NCBI GenBank assembly: GCA_041168905.1
Contig: JBEEJZ010000027.1
Span: 8,005 to 72,004 of the forward strand
Origin: Pseudomonadota bacterium
Lineage (GTDB): Bacteria > Pseudomonadota > Gammaproteobacteria > Burkholderiales > Burkholderiaceae_C
Direction: 5' to 3'
Length of the DNA: 64,000 nucleotides
In this document: positions 15,931-24,006 of the stretch, in pieces
Layout of the letters: each line of letters begins with the position of its first letter
Numbering within the stretch: position 1 is the stretch's first letter
Made by a program: the position numbers and the translations under genes
The notes under the pieces: model-generated
Told to the model about the DNA's origin: nothing
What the model saw: the letters and a program-made list of their open reading frames with translations, nothing else
The model's database searches: none

Positions 15931-16020
15931 CGCCTCGGCCCACACCTTCATTTCAAAATCACAAATAATCATCCATATATAACGCCATATACAATTTAAG
16001 CATTCATAAAAGTGTTTTAA

Positions 16021-16356
16021 ATGAAGACCCTCTCGCCTCCACCACTGCCGGTTGCGCGCAGCTTGGACCGCCTGGGCAAGGCGATTTCGCTCGCGCGCCG
16101 GCGCAGACACCTGACGCAGCAAGACCTGGCGGAACGCATCGCCACGTCCGCGAACACCGTGCGTCGTATGGAGGCGGGTTATCCGGGCACGGCGCTGGTT
16201 CACTTTGCAAGGGCCTTGCAGGTGTTCGGGGAGCTGGACAAGCTTGATCAGTTGCTTGACACCCCTCACGACACCATTGGCCTGACCCTGATGGATGAAA
16301 AATTGCCTCAGCGCGTGCGCAAATCCCGCAAATCACCAGAATCCGGGGCGTTCTGA
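16021..16356 (+). CDS. hipB: HipB-like XRE-family antitoxin/regulator
   Basis: 111 aa with HTH LGKAISLARRRRHLTQQDLAERIATSANTVRRMEAG. The stop overlaps the start of the hipA remnant (ATGA-type junction). Confidence 0.8.
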   Translation: MKTLSPPPLPVARSLDRLGKAISLARRRRHLTQQDLAERIATSANTVRRMEAGYPGTALVHFARALQVFGELDKLDQLLDTPHDTIGLTLMDEKLPQRVRKSRKSPESGAF

Positions 16357-16918
16357 TGGCCACCAAACCTGCTGTCAAACCCGCCGCCAGGTTAGCCCCC
16401 AGTCGCACCCAGATGAATGTCTTTCTGGGCAAGGCAGAAAAGCCGCTGGGACGGCTTATCTTCGTCAAAGACGGTCAACGGGAGTTTTCTCAATTCGCCT
16501 ACAGCGACGAATGGTTGGCAGATGCCCAGTTCTTTGATGTCTCACCTGACCTGAATCGCCAAAGCGGCTACCAACTTCGCAAGCCCCCCACCAAGAACGA
16601 CACATGCTTCTTCTTGGCCCTAGCCGATACCGAGCCAGATGCGTGGGGACGACGGGTGATCTGAACCCTTTCCCCGACAAGGATCCGGAATCCAAAACCT
16701 GGCTCAGTGAAGACAGCGGCCCGATCACCTCCATTCAACAACTGCTCGATCAAGCCGCACGCTTTGAGTTATCACAGCCACAAGCACAATCCATCCTTGA
16801 AGAGGTCACCACAGCGGTCAAGCGCTGGAAAGATGTGGCTATCTCAACAGAGGTTGGGCTGCAGCCGCATGAGCTCAATGACTTCAAGCCTGCGTTTGAC
16901 AGTAAAACCACAAATTAA
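16356..16918 (+). pseudogene. hipA: HipA-family toxin kinase, internally deleted and frameshifted remnant
   Basis: ORF 16356-16664 has an N-terminal HipA-coupling region (...FFLALADTEPDAWGRRVI*). From about 16655, in another frame: DLNPFPDKDPESKTWLSEDSGPITSIQQLLDQAARFEL...WKDV, the HipA C-terminus. The whole kinase core between them is missing: about 187 aa remain, versus about 440 aa for typical HipA. Confidence 0.8.
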
Positions 16919-16927
16919 GCAATCGCA

Positions 16928-16995
16928 TTCGCCTCTGGGCCTACGCCCATGCCGGGGTGTTTTTGCTGACTTTGGGGGGATTGGGGTATGTGTGG
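16928..16995 (+). repeat. Direct repeat, copy 2 (orphan duplicate of the GIDE gene 3' end)
   Basis: In the same relative frame it reads IRLWAYAHAGVFLLTLGGLGYVWGM*, with its own stop at 17002-17004. Confidence 0.9.
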
Positions 16996-17012
16996 GGGAT
17001 GTGAGCCCTGCC

Positions 17013-17432
17013 CTATTTGTAAGTCGACAACAGCAGGCTGGTTTCGGTCGTGGCTATGCCTTCGATCTGACGGATAGCGCCAAGCACGGCATCAAAGGCC
17101 TCCAGCGAATCGGCCCGTAACTCAGCCACGATATCCCAGCGGCCATTGGTACTGTGCAGGGCTTGCACGTTGGGGTGACCACGCAGACTGGCCATTACTT
17201 TGGAAGTCTGGTTGCCGTCTACCGCGACGCTCATCAGCGCGCGAATACGGGCCACCTCAACGGCCGGCTTCAGGCGCACGGTATAGCCCACGATGGTGCC
17301 GTCTTTCTCCAGTTTCGCGATGCGGTTTTGCACCGTCGCCCTTGCCACCCGCAGCTTCGCGGCCAATGCCACTGTGGACATGCGGGCGTTGTCGCGCAAC
17401 AAGCCTATCAGTTCTCGGTCCGTGTCATCCAT
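17013..17432 (-). CDS. Lrp/AsnC family transcriptional regulator
   Basis: 139 aa. The sequence DRELIGLLRDNARMSTVALAAKLRVARATVQNRIAKLEKDG is followed by a RAM-like C-terminal domain. Confidence 0.92.
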   Translation of the reverse strand: MDDTDRELIGLLRDNARMSTVALAAKLRVARATVQNRIAKLEKDGTIVGYTVRLKPAVEVARIRALMSVAVDGNQTSKVMASLRGHPNVQALHSTNGRWDIVAELRADSLEAFDAVLGAIRQIEGIATTETSLLLSTYK

Positions 17433-17597
17433 CGCAAAACTTTCATATCGTCACAACAACCTGTCAGTTTGCTTAATTAGCAGATCTTTTTGTTCATATT
17501 GTGCTCTTCTGACTGGCTCCATGCGCCGGAACAATGGAATCTGAATACAGAGACTCACCACTGCGTGGGCCCCAAACCCTACCTCCCAGAGCTTTAT

Positions 17598-18647
17598 ATG
17601 ACCCGCTTTATCGACGTCCCCGCCATGACCGAACTGATCCACACCATTGGCGTCAAAGACTTCATCGGTCAATTGGCAAACTACATTCACGATGACTTTT
17701 TACGCTGGCCCGAGTTTGAAAAATCTGCCCGTGTCGCCAACCATTCCGACATCGGTGTGATTGAACTGATGCCGGTTTCCGACGCCACGCGCTACGCCTT
17801 TAAATACGTAAACGGCCACCCCAAAAACACCGCCAAAGGGCTGTACACCGTGATGGCCTTTGGCTTGTTGGCTGAGGTTGATACGGGCTACCCCGTTTTG
17901 TTGTCCGAGTTGACATTAGCCACAGCCCTGCGCACCTGCGCCACCTCGCTCATGGCCGCCCGTGCTTTGGCGCGCACAAATGCCAAGCGCATGGCGCTGA
18001 TCGGTAACGGCGCACAAAGCGAATTTCAGGCGCTGGCCTTCCACGTTGGGATGGGGATTGAGGAAGTTGCCGTGTTTGACGTGGACAGTGCCGCCACCGA
18101 CAAGCTGATCGCCAACCTGAGCGCCTTCCCCACCCTGCGCGTGGTGCGTGCGGGCAGTACCGCAGAAGCCGTGGCAGGCGCCGACATCGTCACCACGGTG
18201 ACCGCCGACAAAACCTACGCCACCATCATCACCCCTGACATGCTGGAGCCCGGCATGCACCTCAACGCCGTGGGTGGCGACTGCCCCGGCAAGACCGAGC
18301 TGCATGCCGATGTGCTGCGCACAGCGCGGGTGTTTGTCGAGTTCGAGCCGCAAACCCGCATAGAAGGCGATATCCAGCAGCTGCCAGGCGATTTTCCTGT
18401 GGTGGACCTGTGGAAGGTGCTGGCTGGAGCCCAGGCTGGACGACAAAGTGCAGAGCAAATCACGGTGTTTGACTCGGTCGGTTTTGCGCTGGAGGACTAC
18501 TCCACGCTGCGTTTTGTGCACGAGCAGGCGCTGCGCCACAACATCGGTAGCGACATCGAACTGGTCCCCGAGGCGAGCAACCCCAAGGACCTGTTCAGCC
18601 ACACCCGCCGCCAGGCTGGTCGCCCGTGGCTGCGCCGTGCCGCATAA
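17598..18647 (+). CDS. Ornithine cyclodeaminase family protein
   Basis: The track ORF starts at 17490. I prefer ATG 17598 (MTRFIDVPAMTELIHTIGVKDF), which gives 349 aa. The ALIGNGAQSEFQ Rossmann motif is present. Divergent from an AsnC regulator, which is the classic arrangement. Confidence 0.85.
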   Translation: MTRFIDVPAMTELIHTIGVKDFIGQLANYIHDDFLRWPEFEKSARVANHSDIGVIELMPVSDATRYAFKYVNGHPKNTAKGLYTVMAFGLLAEVDTGYPVLLSELTLATALRTCATSLMAARALARTNAKRMALIGNGAQSEFQALAFHVGMGIEEVAVFDVDSAATDKLIANLSAFPTLRVVRAGSTAEAVAGADIVTTVTADKTYATIITPDMLEPGMHLNAVGGDCPGKTELHADVLRTARVFVEFEPQTRIEGDIQQLPGDFPVVDLWKVLAGAQAGRQSAEQITVFDSVGFALEDYSTLRFVHEQALRHNIGSDIELVPEASNPKDLFSHTRRQAGRPWLRRAA

Positions 18648-18749
18648 GTCCGTCGACGTGCCCCCAGCCATGCGCAACACCGTGTTTGCGCAAGCTCCCA
18701 GCGCCGTGTAACCGGCGGCTCAGCGCAATGTGCGCTGGCGGGTATTCAC

Positions 18750-20216
18750 CTATCGCCCAGGTAGCGCCGTGGGTACAGCCAACCTGGTTACCGTCTCTGC
18801 CAGGCCTGCTACCGATTGCGTGTTTTGCCACGCCAAGTATTCAGACCGGCGCAGTCGGTAACGCGCGATACTGCCCTCGTGCAACTGCTGCAAGGCAGTC
18901 ATCAGCACTGACGCAAACGCAGCTCGATCGGCCTCCTCAGCATATGCAACAGACAGCTGAGCAATGAGTTCTCGACCCGGTTGCTTTGCACCTTTGACAA
19001 CCGCCTGTACCGCTTGAATCAAGGCCTCACGGTACTTGATCTTCAAGGGGTCTGGCTCCACCATGGTTTGCGTGATGGCCAAGTAACGCTGACAAGAACG
19101 CTCGTAGGCCCAAACAAACACATCCCGCAACAACTCAACCTGGTTGAGCTCGTAAACACCCAACGTACCCTCAATGTAAGCACGCTCCGGAACATCGATA
19201 AACGACAAGGGGCACAGGTTGTGTTTGATCAGCGGGATATTTGCACCAATGCGAGAAACCCGCTTGTTCACATCTTCAAAGGGCTGCAGGTAGGGCAGCT
19301 GCACCATCAGGAAGAATGCCTGTTCGAAGGGGTCCGGGATGGCAGCGGCTTTGTCCAACAGAAGCAGAAAACTATCCTCAATTACTTGGGGCAAAGCCAG
19401 AGGGTGAAACACGGTGCCCGATACCTCGACTGGTCTGCGGCGCAACCTGCCGCTGGCTTGCGGGTCGCGCATCAGGTCCTGGGACAACACAGCGTGCAGG
19501 TTTTTGAACGTAAAGGCATCAAAGCCCACCTCATTCACGTCCTCAACCAGCATCTCGATAGCCGCCTTGTGGTTCAGAATCATCTGAGTCTCGATAGCAT
19601 CCTTGCCGCGAGCAATCTGGCCGAACTCGATCAAGTTCTGGGTATCGAGTCGGCTGTAGGTGTTGCCTTCCAACTTGGATGAGGCCCACGACAGATCCAC
19701 CAACAGCCGTCCCAGGATTTCGCGGGCGTAGGTGCCCGCCGGGCGCTCGCTCTCAGGGGTACGCCCCATATCGTGCAATTGACGGCGCAATGAGTCCGGC
19801 AAATAGAAACTGGTGCCAGGCTGGTAAGCCTGAAGAAACTCCCGCTGATAGCCCACTGGGCGACGGTGCATCAAGGCGCGGCGGACCTGATCACGAACGG
19901 CCGCGCCCTCCGCAGACACTGGTACGTACAACTCCGGTTCAGCAGTAGCCGTGGCCGTTGGGGTCTCTACACCTGCGAGCTGAATTACATCCTCTGATAC
20001 CGCCTTGTAGACCAAGGCGACGCTTTCACCCTCAGTGCGCAGTCGTTTTTCCGCAACGAGCTGGCCCAACCGTCGCTGCAGCGTGCGACGGTTGGGCTTG
20101 TGTGCGTTGAGCCGATCCAATTCAGCTTCAATGGCGGCAATACCAGCCCCATTGGGAAGTCCTGCCACGATGGCCTCAATCTGCAGGAGTTCTTCGGTTG
20201 ACTTGGCGCGTGGCAT
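18750..20216 (-). CDS. Fic/DOC family protein with N-terminal wHTH-like region and a degenerate active-site motif
   Basis: 488 aa. Inhibitory-helix-type motif SSKLEGN (S-x3-E-G). Fic loop reads QPFEDVNKRVSR (19251-19286), versus the canonical HPFx[DE]GNGRxxR. Confidence 0.8.
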   Translation of the reverse strand: MPRAKSTEELLQIEAIVAGLPNGAGIAAIEAELDRLNAHKPNRRTLQRRLGQLVAEKRLRTEGESVALVYKAVSEDVIQLAGVETPTATATAEPELYVPVSAEGAAVRDQVRRALMHRRPVGYQREFLQAYQPGTSFYLPDSLRRQLHDMGRTPESERPAGTYAREILGRLLVDLSWASSKLEGNTYSRLDTQNLIEFGQIARGKDAIETQMILNHKAAIEMLVEDVNEVGFDAFTFKNLHAVLSQDLMRDPQASGRLRRRPVEVSGTVFHPLALPQVIEDSFLLLLDKAAAIPDPFEQAFFLMVQLPYLQPFEDVNKRVSRIGANIPLIKHNLCPLSFIDVPERAYIEGTLGVYELNQVELLRDVFVWAYERSCQRYLAITQTMVEPDPLKIKYREALIQAVQAVVKGAKQPGRELIAQLSVAYAEEADRAAFASVLMTALQQLHEGSIARYRLRRSEYLAWQNTQSVAGLAETVTRLAVPTALPGR

Positions 20217-20236
20217 GTGCTGTCCTTGAAGTGGTA

Positions 20237-20301
20237 ATTTTGTCGTGCTTTGTCACCGAGGAGCGACAATTCACAACACCATTTTGTCGCACAAACTGTC
20301 G
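20237..20301. promoter_or_regulatory. Cluster of TTGTCG-type repeats upstream of the fic gene
   Basis: ATTTTGTCG occurs at 20237-20245 and 20281-20289. CGACAA (the inverted form) is at 20264-20269. Related TTGTCA is at 20250-20255 and CTGTCG at 20296-20301. All lie within about 85 bp of the fic start, in a lower-GC spacer. Confidence 0.35.
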
Positions 20302-20491
20302 CGCTTCAAGGAAATACTGTGGCGAATTGCTCAGAATGCTCAACCAACGTCAGTACGTCTAACTTTCCGCTTCCCTGCAGTTGAAACTCTTGCAAGCGAC
20401 GAAATGAATAATTGAAAACGTCTGGGCTCAGCCCGCCAACACCCTGTTCAGAAATAATGTCTCGTGGCCTGTACGCACGCCTCGTTCAATA

Positions 20492-21316
20492 ATGGTCGAC
20501 AGCGTCAACATGCGAGACCCCATGACACAAACTGCTTTAAGTGACTCGTCTTTCTGGTCAAGTTGTGACCTTGCCACGTTGTCATTGGCATCCAAGAGTT
20601 TGCTGGTCTACGGTGCCTTGATGTGGCTGGCGTGTGGGGTCACCTACTTCTTGTCGCTCAACGACGCACGGACCCTGCGCGAGGTGGGTATCTGGGTCAA
20701 ACCCATGAAATTCATGGCGGCCACAGCCTTGTTTGCATGGACCACGGTATGGCTGGCCGAATGGGCCAACGGCCCCCACACCCACGGTGAGGCTTACAAG
20801 GGGATCTGCGCGCTGCTCGTGGTCACGTCATTGTTTGAAGTGGCGTACATCACCTACCAGGCCTCCCAAGTGGCCGCATCCCACTACAACACCAGCGATG
20901 CCTTGCACACCCTGCTATTTGGCGTGATGGCCATTGCGGCGGTGGGACTCACCGCATCGCAGGGCTGGTTGGCCTGGGAAATCTGGACCGCACGAGAAGC
21001 CCGAGGGCTGTCTGTCACGGCGTGGGGCGTTGTCATTGGGCTGACGCTCACCTTCCTGCTTTCCACCATCAGCGGATTTCTGTTGGGGGGTCACCAGCCT
21101 CCTGCAGGGCAAGGACTTCCGGTGGTTGGTTGGCACCTGTACAAGGACATACGCCCGTCCCATTTCCTGGGCGTCCATGCCCAACAACTCGTCCCCTTGT
21201 GGGGCCTCGTTGCTGATCGCTACTTTGGAACCTATTCGCCCCAGGCCTTGGGTGCGGGATCCGCGCTCTATGTACTGGTGTGGGGCTATCTGACCTGGAC
21301 GAGTCTGGGCACTTGA
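20492..21316 (+). CDS. Polytopic membrane protein, unknown function
   Basis: 274 aa with about 6-7 hydrophobic segments and no recognised motif. Start uncertain (several in-frame Met within the first 11 codons). Confidence 0.55.
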   Translation: MVDSVNMRDPMTQTALSDSSFWSSCDLATLSLASKSLLVYGALMWLACGVTYFLSLNDARTLREVGIWVKPMKFMAATALFAWTTVWLAEWANGPHTHGEAYKGICALLVVTSLFEVAYITYQASQVAASHYNTSDALHTLLFGVMAIAAVGLTASQGWLAWEIWTAREARGLSVTAWGVVIGLTLTFLLSTISGFLLGGHQPPAGQGLPVVGWHLYKDIRPSHFLGVHAQQLVPLWGLVADRYFGTYSPQALGAGSALYVLVWGYLTWTSLGT

Positions 21317-21319
21317 GCC

Positions 21320-22183
21320 TCAATGCCTGTGCATCCCCCTGCCCAGCACCACCCCGGCCTCCACCAGGGCGTGGGCAAAGTCGGGGCTGGCCAGATAGTG
21401 GTATTCGCGGTCGCGGGCGGGGCCGATGGGGTCGTTGGATGCCACGCCCAGCGCGGGGTGGCACATGATGATGCCGTGGTGGGGTGTGGTGCGCAGCCAA
21501 TGCTGCATGTGCCTGGCGTAGCCGGGCCCATCGCCGTCAAAGTTGTAGATGCCGCTCAGGGCGGGGGCCACCGGCACGCCGGCGGCCGTTGCACGCACTT
21601 GCAAGGCCTGGGCGCCCATGGCAGCGATGATGCGGGCCTTGATGTCGGCCTGCCCGGCTGGTGCGCGTGAGATGCGCAAATAGGGCACGGCGCCAGCCCA
21701 GCGGTTTTGCATGGCCTCGCGCAGCACGTCGAGCAAGGCGTCGCGGAGGCCGGCAAATTGCTGCACATGCTGATGACCGTCGATGTGGTCGGGCGGCGCA
21801 CCCCAATGTTGGTCAAACAGCTGCAGCTGCCGCTCGATTTCCCGCCTGGCAGTGACCCGATCAAAGCCGCCCAGCACAGACTTCGCCATGGCCCGGCCCA
21901 GGCTCATGCCGTGACCTGCGGCGATGGCGAATTCGCTGGTCCAGTCCAGGTGCAGACCCACATCGATGTGGCCTCGCAGCTCACGCAACAGGGCTACGTC
22001 GGTAGGCCAGCGCGGCGACAGCACCATGGCACTGGTGGCACTCAGGCGCCCCAAGGTCGCCAGCTTGGCAATGCCGATCGAGGCGTTGTCGTGGACCGCA
22101 AAGTCGTCTGCGCACAGCACCAGCCGCCGCTCGGCCCGGTGCAGGGCAGTGGGCTCGTCCACCAATATTTGGCGCGACTCCAT
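21320..22183 (-). CDS. ChbG/YdjC/HpnK family carbohydrate deacetylase
   Basis: The track ORF extends to 22402 into the LysR gene. I start at ATG 22183 (MESRQILVDE...), giving 287 aa. The sequence LVLCADDFAVHDNASIGIAKLATLGRLSATSAMV is YdjC-like. Confidence 0.75.
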   Translation of the reverse strand: MESRQILVDEPTALHRAERRLVLCADDFAVHDNASIGIAKLATLGRLSATSAMVLSPRWPTDVALLRELRGHIDVGLHLDWTSEFAIAAGHGMSLGRAMAKSVLGGFDRVTARREIERQLQLFDQHWGAPPDHIDGHQHVQQFAGLRDALLDVLREAMQNRWAGAVPYLRISRAPAGQADIKARIIAAMGAQALQVRATAAGVPVAPALSGIYNFDGDGPGYARHMQHWLRTTPHHGIIMCHPALGVASNDPIGPARDREYHYLASPDFAHALVEAGVVLGRGMHRH

Positions 22184-23103
22184 CAAGCGGCCCGCCAAAA
22201 GCCAGGCTGGCTGTAGTGGTGCTTCAGGAAGTCGATCCACAGGCGTACCCGCAAGGGCAAGTGCTTGCGCTGAGGAAACACCGCGTAAATGCCGCTGGGC
22301 GGAGCGGCAAACTCTTCCAGCACGGCCACCAGTTTGCCTGCAGCCACTTCGGCCTCGACCTCCCAGGTGCTGCGCCAGGCGATGCCGTAACCAGACATGC
22401 ACCAGTCATGCAACACCTGACCATCGGAGCAGCTCAGGGGCCCACCGGGCTTGAGGTGTATCAGCTCGGGGCCAGCTGCGCCTGGCACCGAAAACGCCCA
22501 GCCCCGGGTTTGCGATGCATCGCTGGACAAGGTCAGGCAGTCAAAACGCACCAGGTCGTTGGGATGTGCAGGCTTGCCATGACGCGCCAGATACGCAGGC
22601 GTGGCCACGCACAGGCGGCGGTTGTCGGCCAGGCGCACGCTGATCAGGGCCGAGTCGGGCATGTCACCCACACGCACCGCACAGTCAAAGGATTCGGCCG
22701 CCAGATCGACCACACGGTCGCTGAGGTTCAGCGAGATGGTGACGTCGGCGTGCTGTTCGCGAAAACGGGGCACCAGGGGCGCCACGTGGCGACGCCCAAA
22801 GCCCGCCGGTGCGGTGATGCGCAAATGACCGCTGGCCTTGACACCACCAGCACTGACGCTGGCCTCGGCATTGGCCAGGTCGGACAGCAGGCGCTGGCAG
22901 TCTTCCAGAAAAGCGCTGCCTTCAAAGGTGAGCGTGATGCGCCGTGTGGTGCGCACCAGCAGCTTGACGCCCAGGGACTCTTCCAGCGCATCGAGCCTGC
23001 GCCCCATGATGGCGGGCGCCACGCCCTCGGCAACGGCTGCGGCTGTCAGGCTGCCCCGCGCGGCGACGGAGACAAATGATTCAATGGCTTTGAGCTTGTC
23101 CAT
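22183..23103 (-). CDS. LysR family transcriptional regulator
   Basis: 306 aa with N-terminal HTH MDKLKAIESFVSVAARGSLTAAAVAEGVAPAIMGRRLDALEESLGVKLL. Confidence 0.92.
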   Translation of the reverse strand: MDKLKAIESFVSVAARGSLTAAAVAEGVAPAIMGRRLDALEESLGVKLLVRTTRRITLTFEGSAFLEDCQRLLSDLANAEASVSAGGVKASGHLRITAPAGFGRRHVAPLVPRFREQHADVTISLNLSDRVVDLAAESFDCAVRVGDMPDSALISVRLADNRRLCVATPAYLARHGKPAHPNDLVRFDCLTLSSDASQTRGWAFSVPGAAGPELIHLKPGGPLSCSDGQVLHDWCMSGYGIAWRSTWEVEAEVAAGKLVAVLEEFAAPPSGIYAVFPQRKHLPLRVRLWIDFLKHHYSQPGFWRAA

Positions 23104-23146
23104 GGAGGGTGATGATAGGCCTCACCTCCGCGGCAACTGACCGTGG

Positions 23147-23980
23147 TCAGTATTGCAGCCGGGCCACGGCGCGCAGCTCGTCTGCCGTGGTGCTGGGGAA
23201 GCCAAAAAACTCCAGGTAAGCCGGGATTTGCTCAAACAGCATGTCGGTGCCGATCTGCACCTGGCAGCCACGGGCCTGGGCTGCAGCCAGAAAAGCAGTC
23301 ATTTCCGACTTCATGACCACCTCGCCCACAAAGGTGCCGGGGGCAATGCGATCCATGTCCATGGGCAGCGGGTCGCCCACATTCATGCCCAGCGGCGTGG
23401 CATTGACCACAATGTCAAAACCCGCCGGGTCGTTGGAACCTACGCCCACTTGCAGGGCGGGGTAATGCTGACTCAGGCGCTCGCCCAGGCCGGTGGCGGC
23501 TTCTGCATTCACATCAAACACGCCCAGCATGGCCACCCCAGCCTTGGCCAGTGAGGCAGCAATGGCACAGCCCACGCCGCCGCTGCCCACCACCAGGGCG
23601 CGCTTGCCGCGCAGCTCAAAACCCTTGCGCAGCACGCCACGCACGAAGCCTTCGCCGTCGAACATATCACCGACCAGACGGCCAGTCTCATCACGCTTGA
23701 CGGCATTGCAGGCACCGGCGATGCGCACGGTGGGCGTGGCAACGTCTAGCAAATCGACGGTCGTGACCTTGTGTGGCATGGTGATCAAGGCACCCCGGAT
23801 GTTTTGCAGCTTGAAGATATTGCGCAAAAAATCCGGGTAATCGGGGGCCTGGCACCCCATGGGCACCACCACGGCATCAATGCCTGCCTTGTCGAAGTAG
23901 GGGTTGTAGATCATCGGCGCCTTGAAAGAGTGCGTGGGAAAGCCGATGTGGGCGATGAGTTCGGTGTGGCCGGTGATCAT
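23147..23980 (-). CDS. Shikimate/quinate 5-dehydrogenase family protein
   Basis: Begins MITGHTELIAHIGFPTHSFKAPMIYNPYF..., with the VVGSGGVGCAIA Rossmann motif. The track start at 24031 is a GTG inside the upstream gene, so I prefer ATG 23980. Confidence 0.85.
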   Translation of the reverse strand: MITGHTELIAHIGFPTHSFKAPMIYNPYFDKAGIDAVVVPMGCQAPDYPDFLRNIFKLQNIRGALITMPHKVTTVDLLDVATPTVRIAGACNAVKRDETGRLVGDMFDGEGFVRGVLRKGFELRGKRALVVGSGGVGCAIAASLAKAGVAMLGVFDVNAEAATGLGERLSQHYPALQVGVGSNDPAGFDIVVNATPLGMNVGDPLPMDMDRIAPGTFVGEVVMKSEMTAFLAAAQARGCQVQIGTDMLFEQIPAYLEFFGFPSTTADELRAVARLQY

Positions 23981-24006
23981 GAAAGTACTGGTCTGAGAGA
24001 AAAGAG

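Noticed and set aside
15973-15991. Direct repeat CCATATA-N5-CCATATA upstream of hipB as a HipB operator
   Set aside because: It does not resemble the known HipB TATCC-N8-GGATA inverted-repeat operators, and in this AT-rich spacer a 7-mer repeat could arise by chance. Mentioned only as context for the mini-island.
18721-18737. Hairpin CAGCGCA-ATG-TGCGCTG between the convergent ocd and fic genes
   Set aside because: The stem is only 7 bp with a 3-nt loop and no flanking T-run on either strand. This is insufficient to call a terminator.
22184-22402. N-terminal extension of the YdjC/ChbG ORF
   Set aside because: Lies inside the LysR coding sequence. An ATG at 22183 gives a family-typical length of 287 aa and a stop/start junction with the LysR gene.
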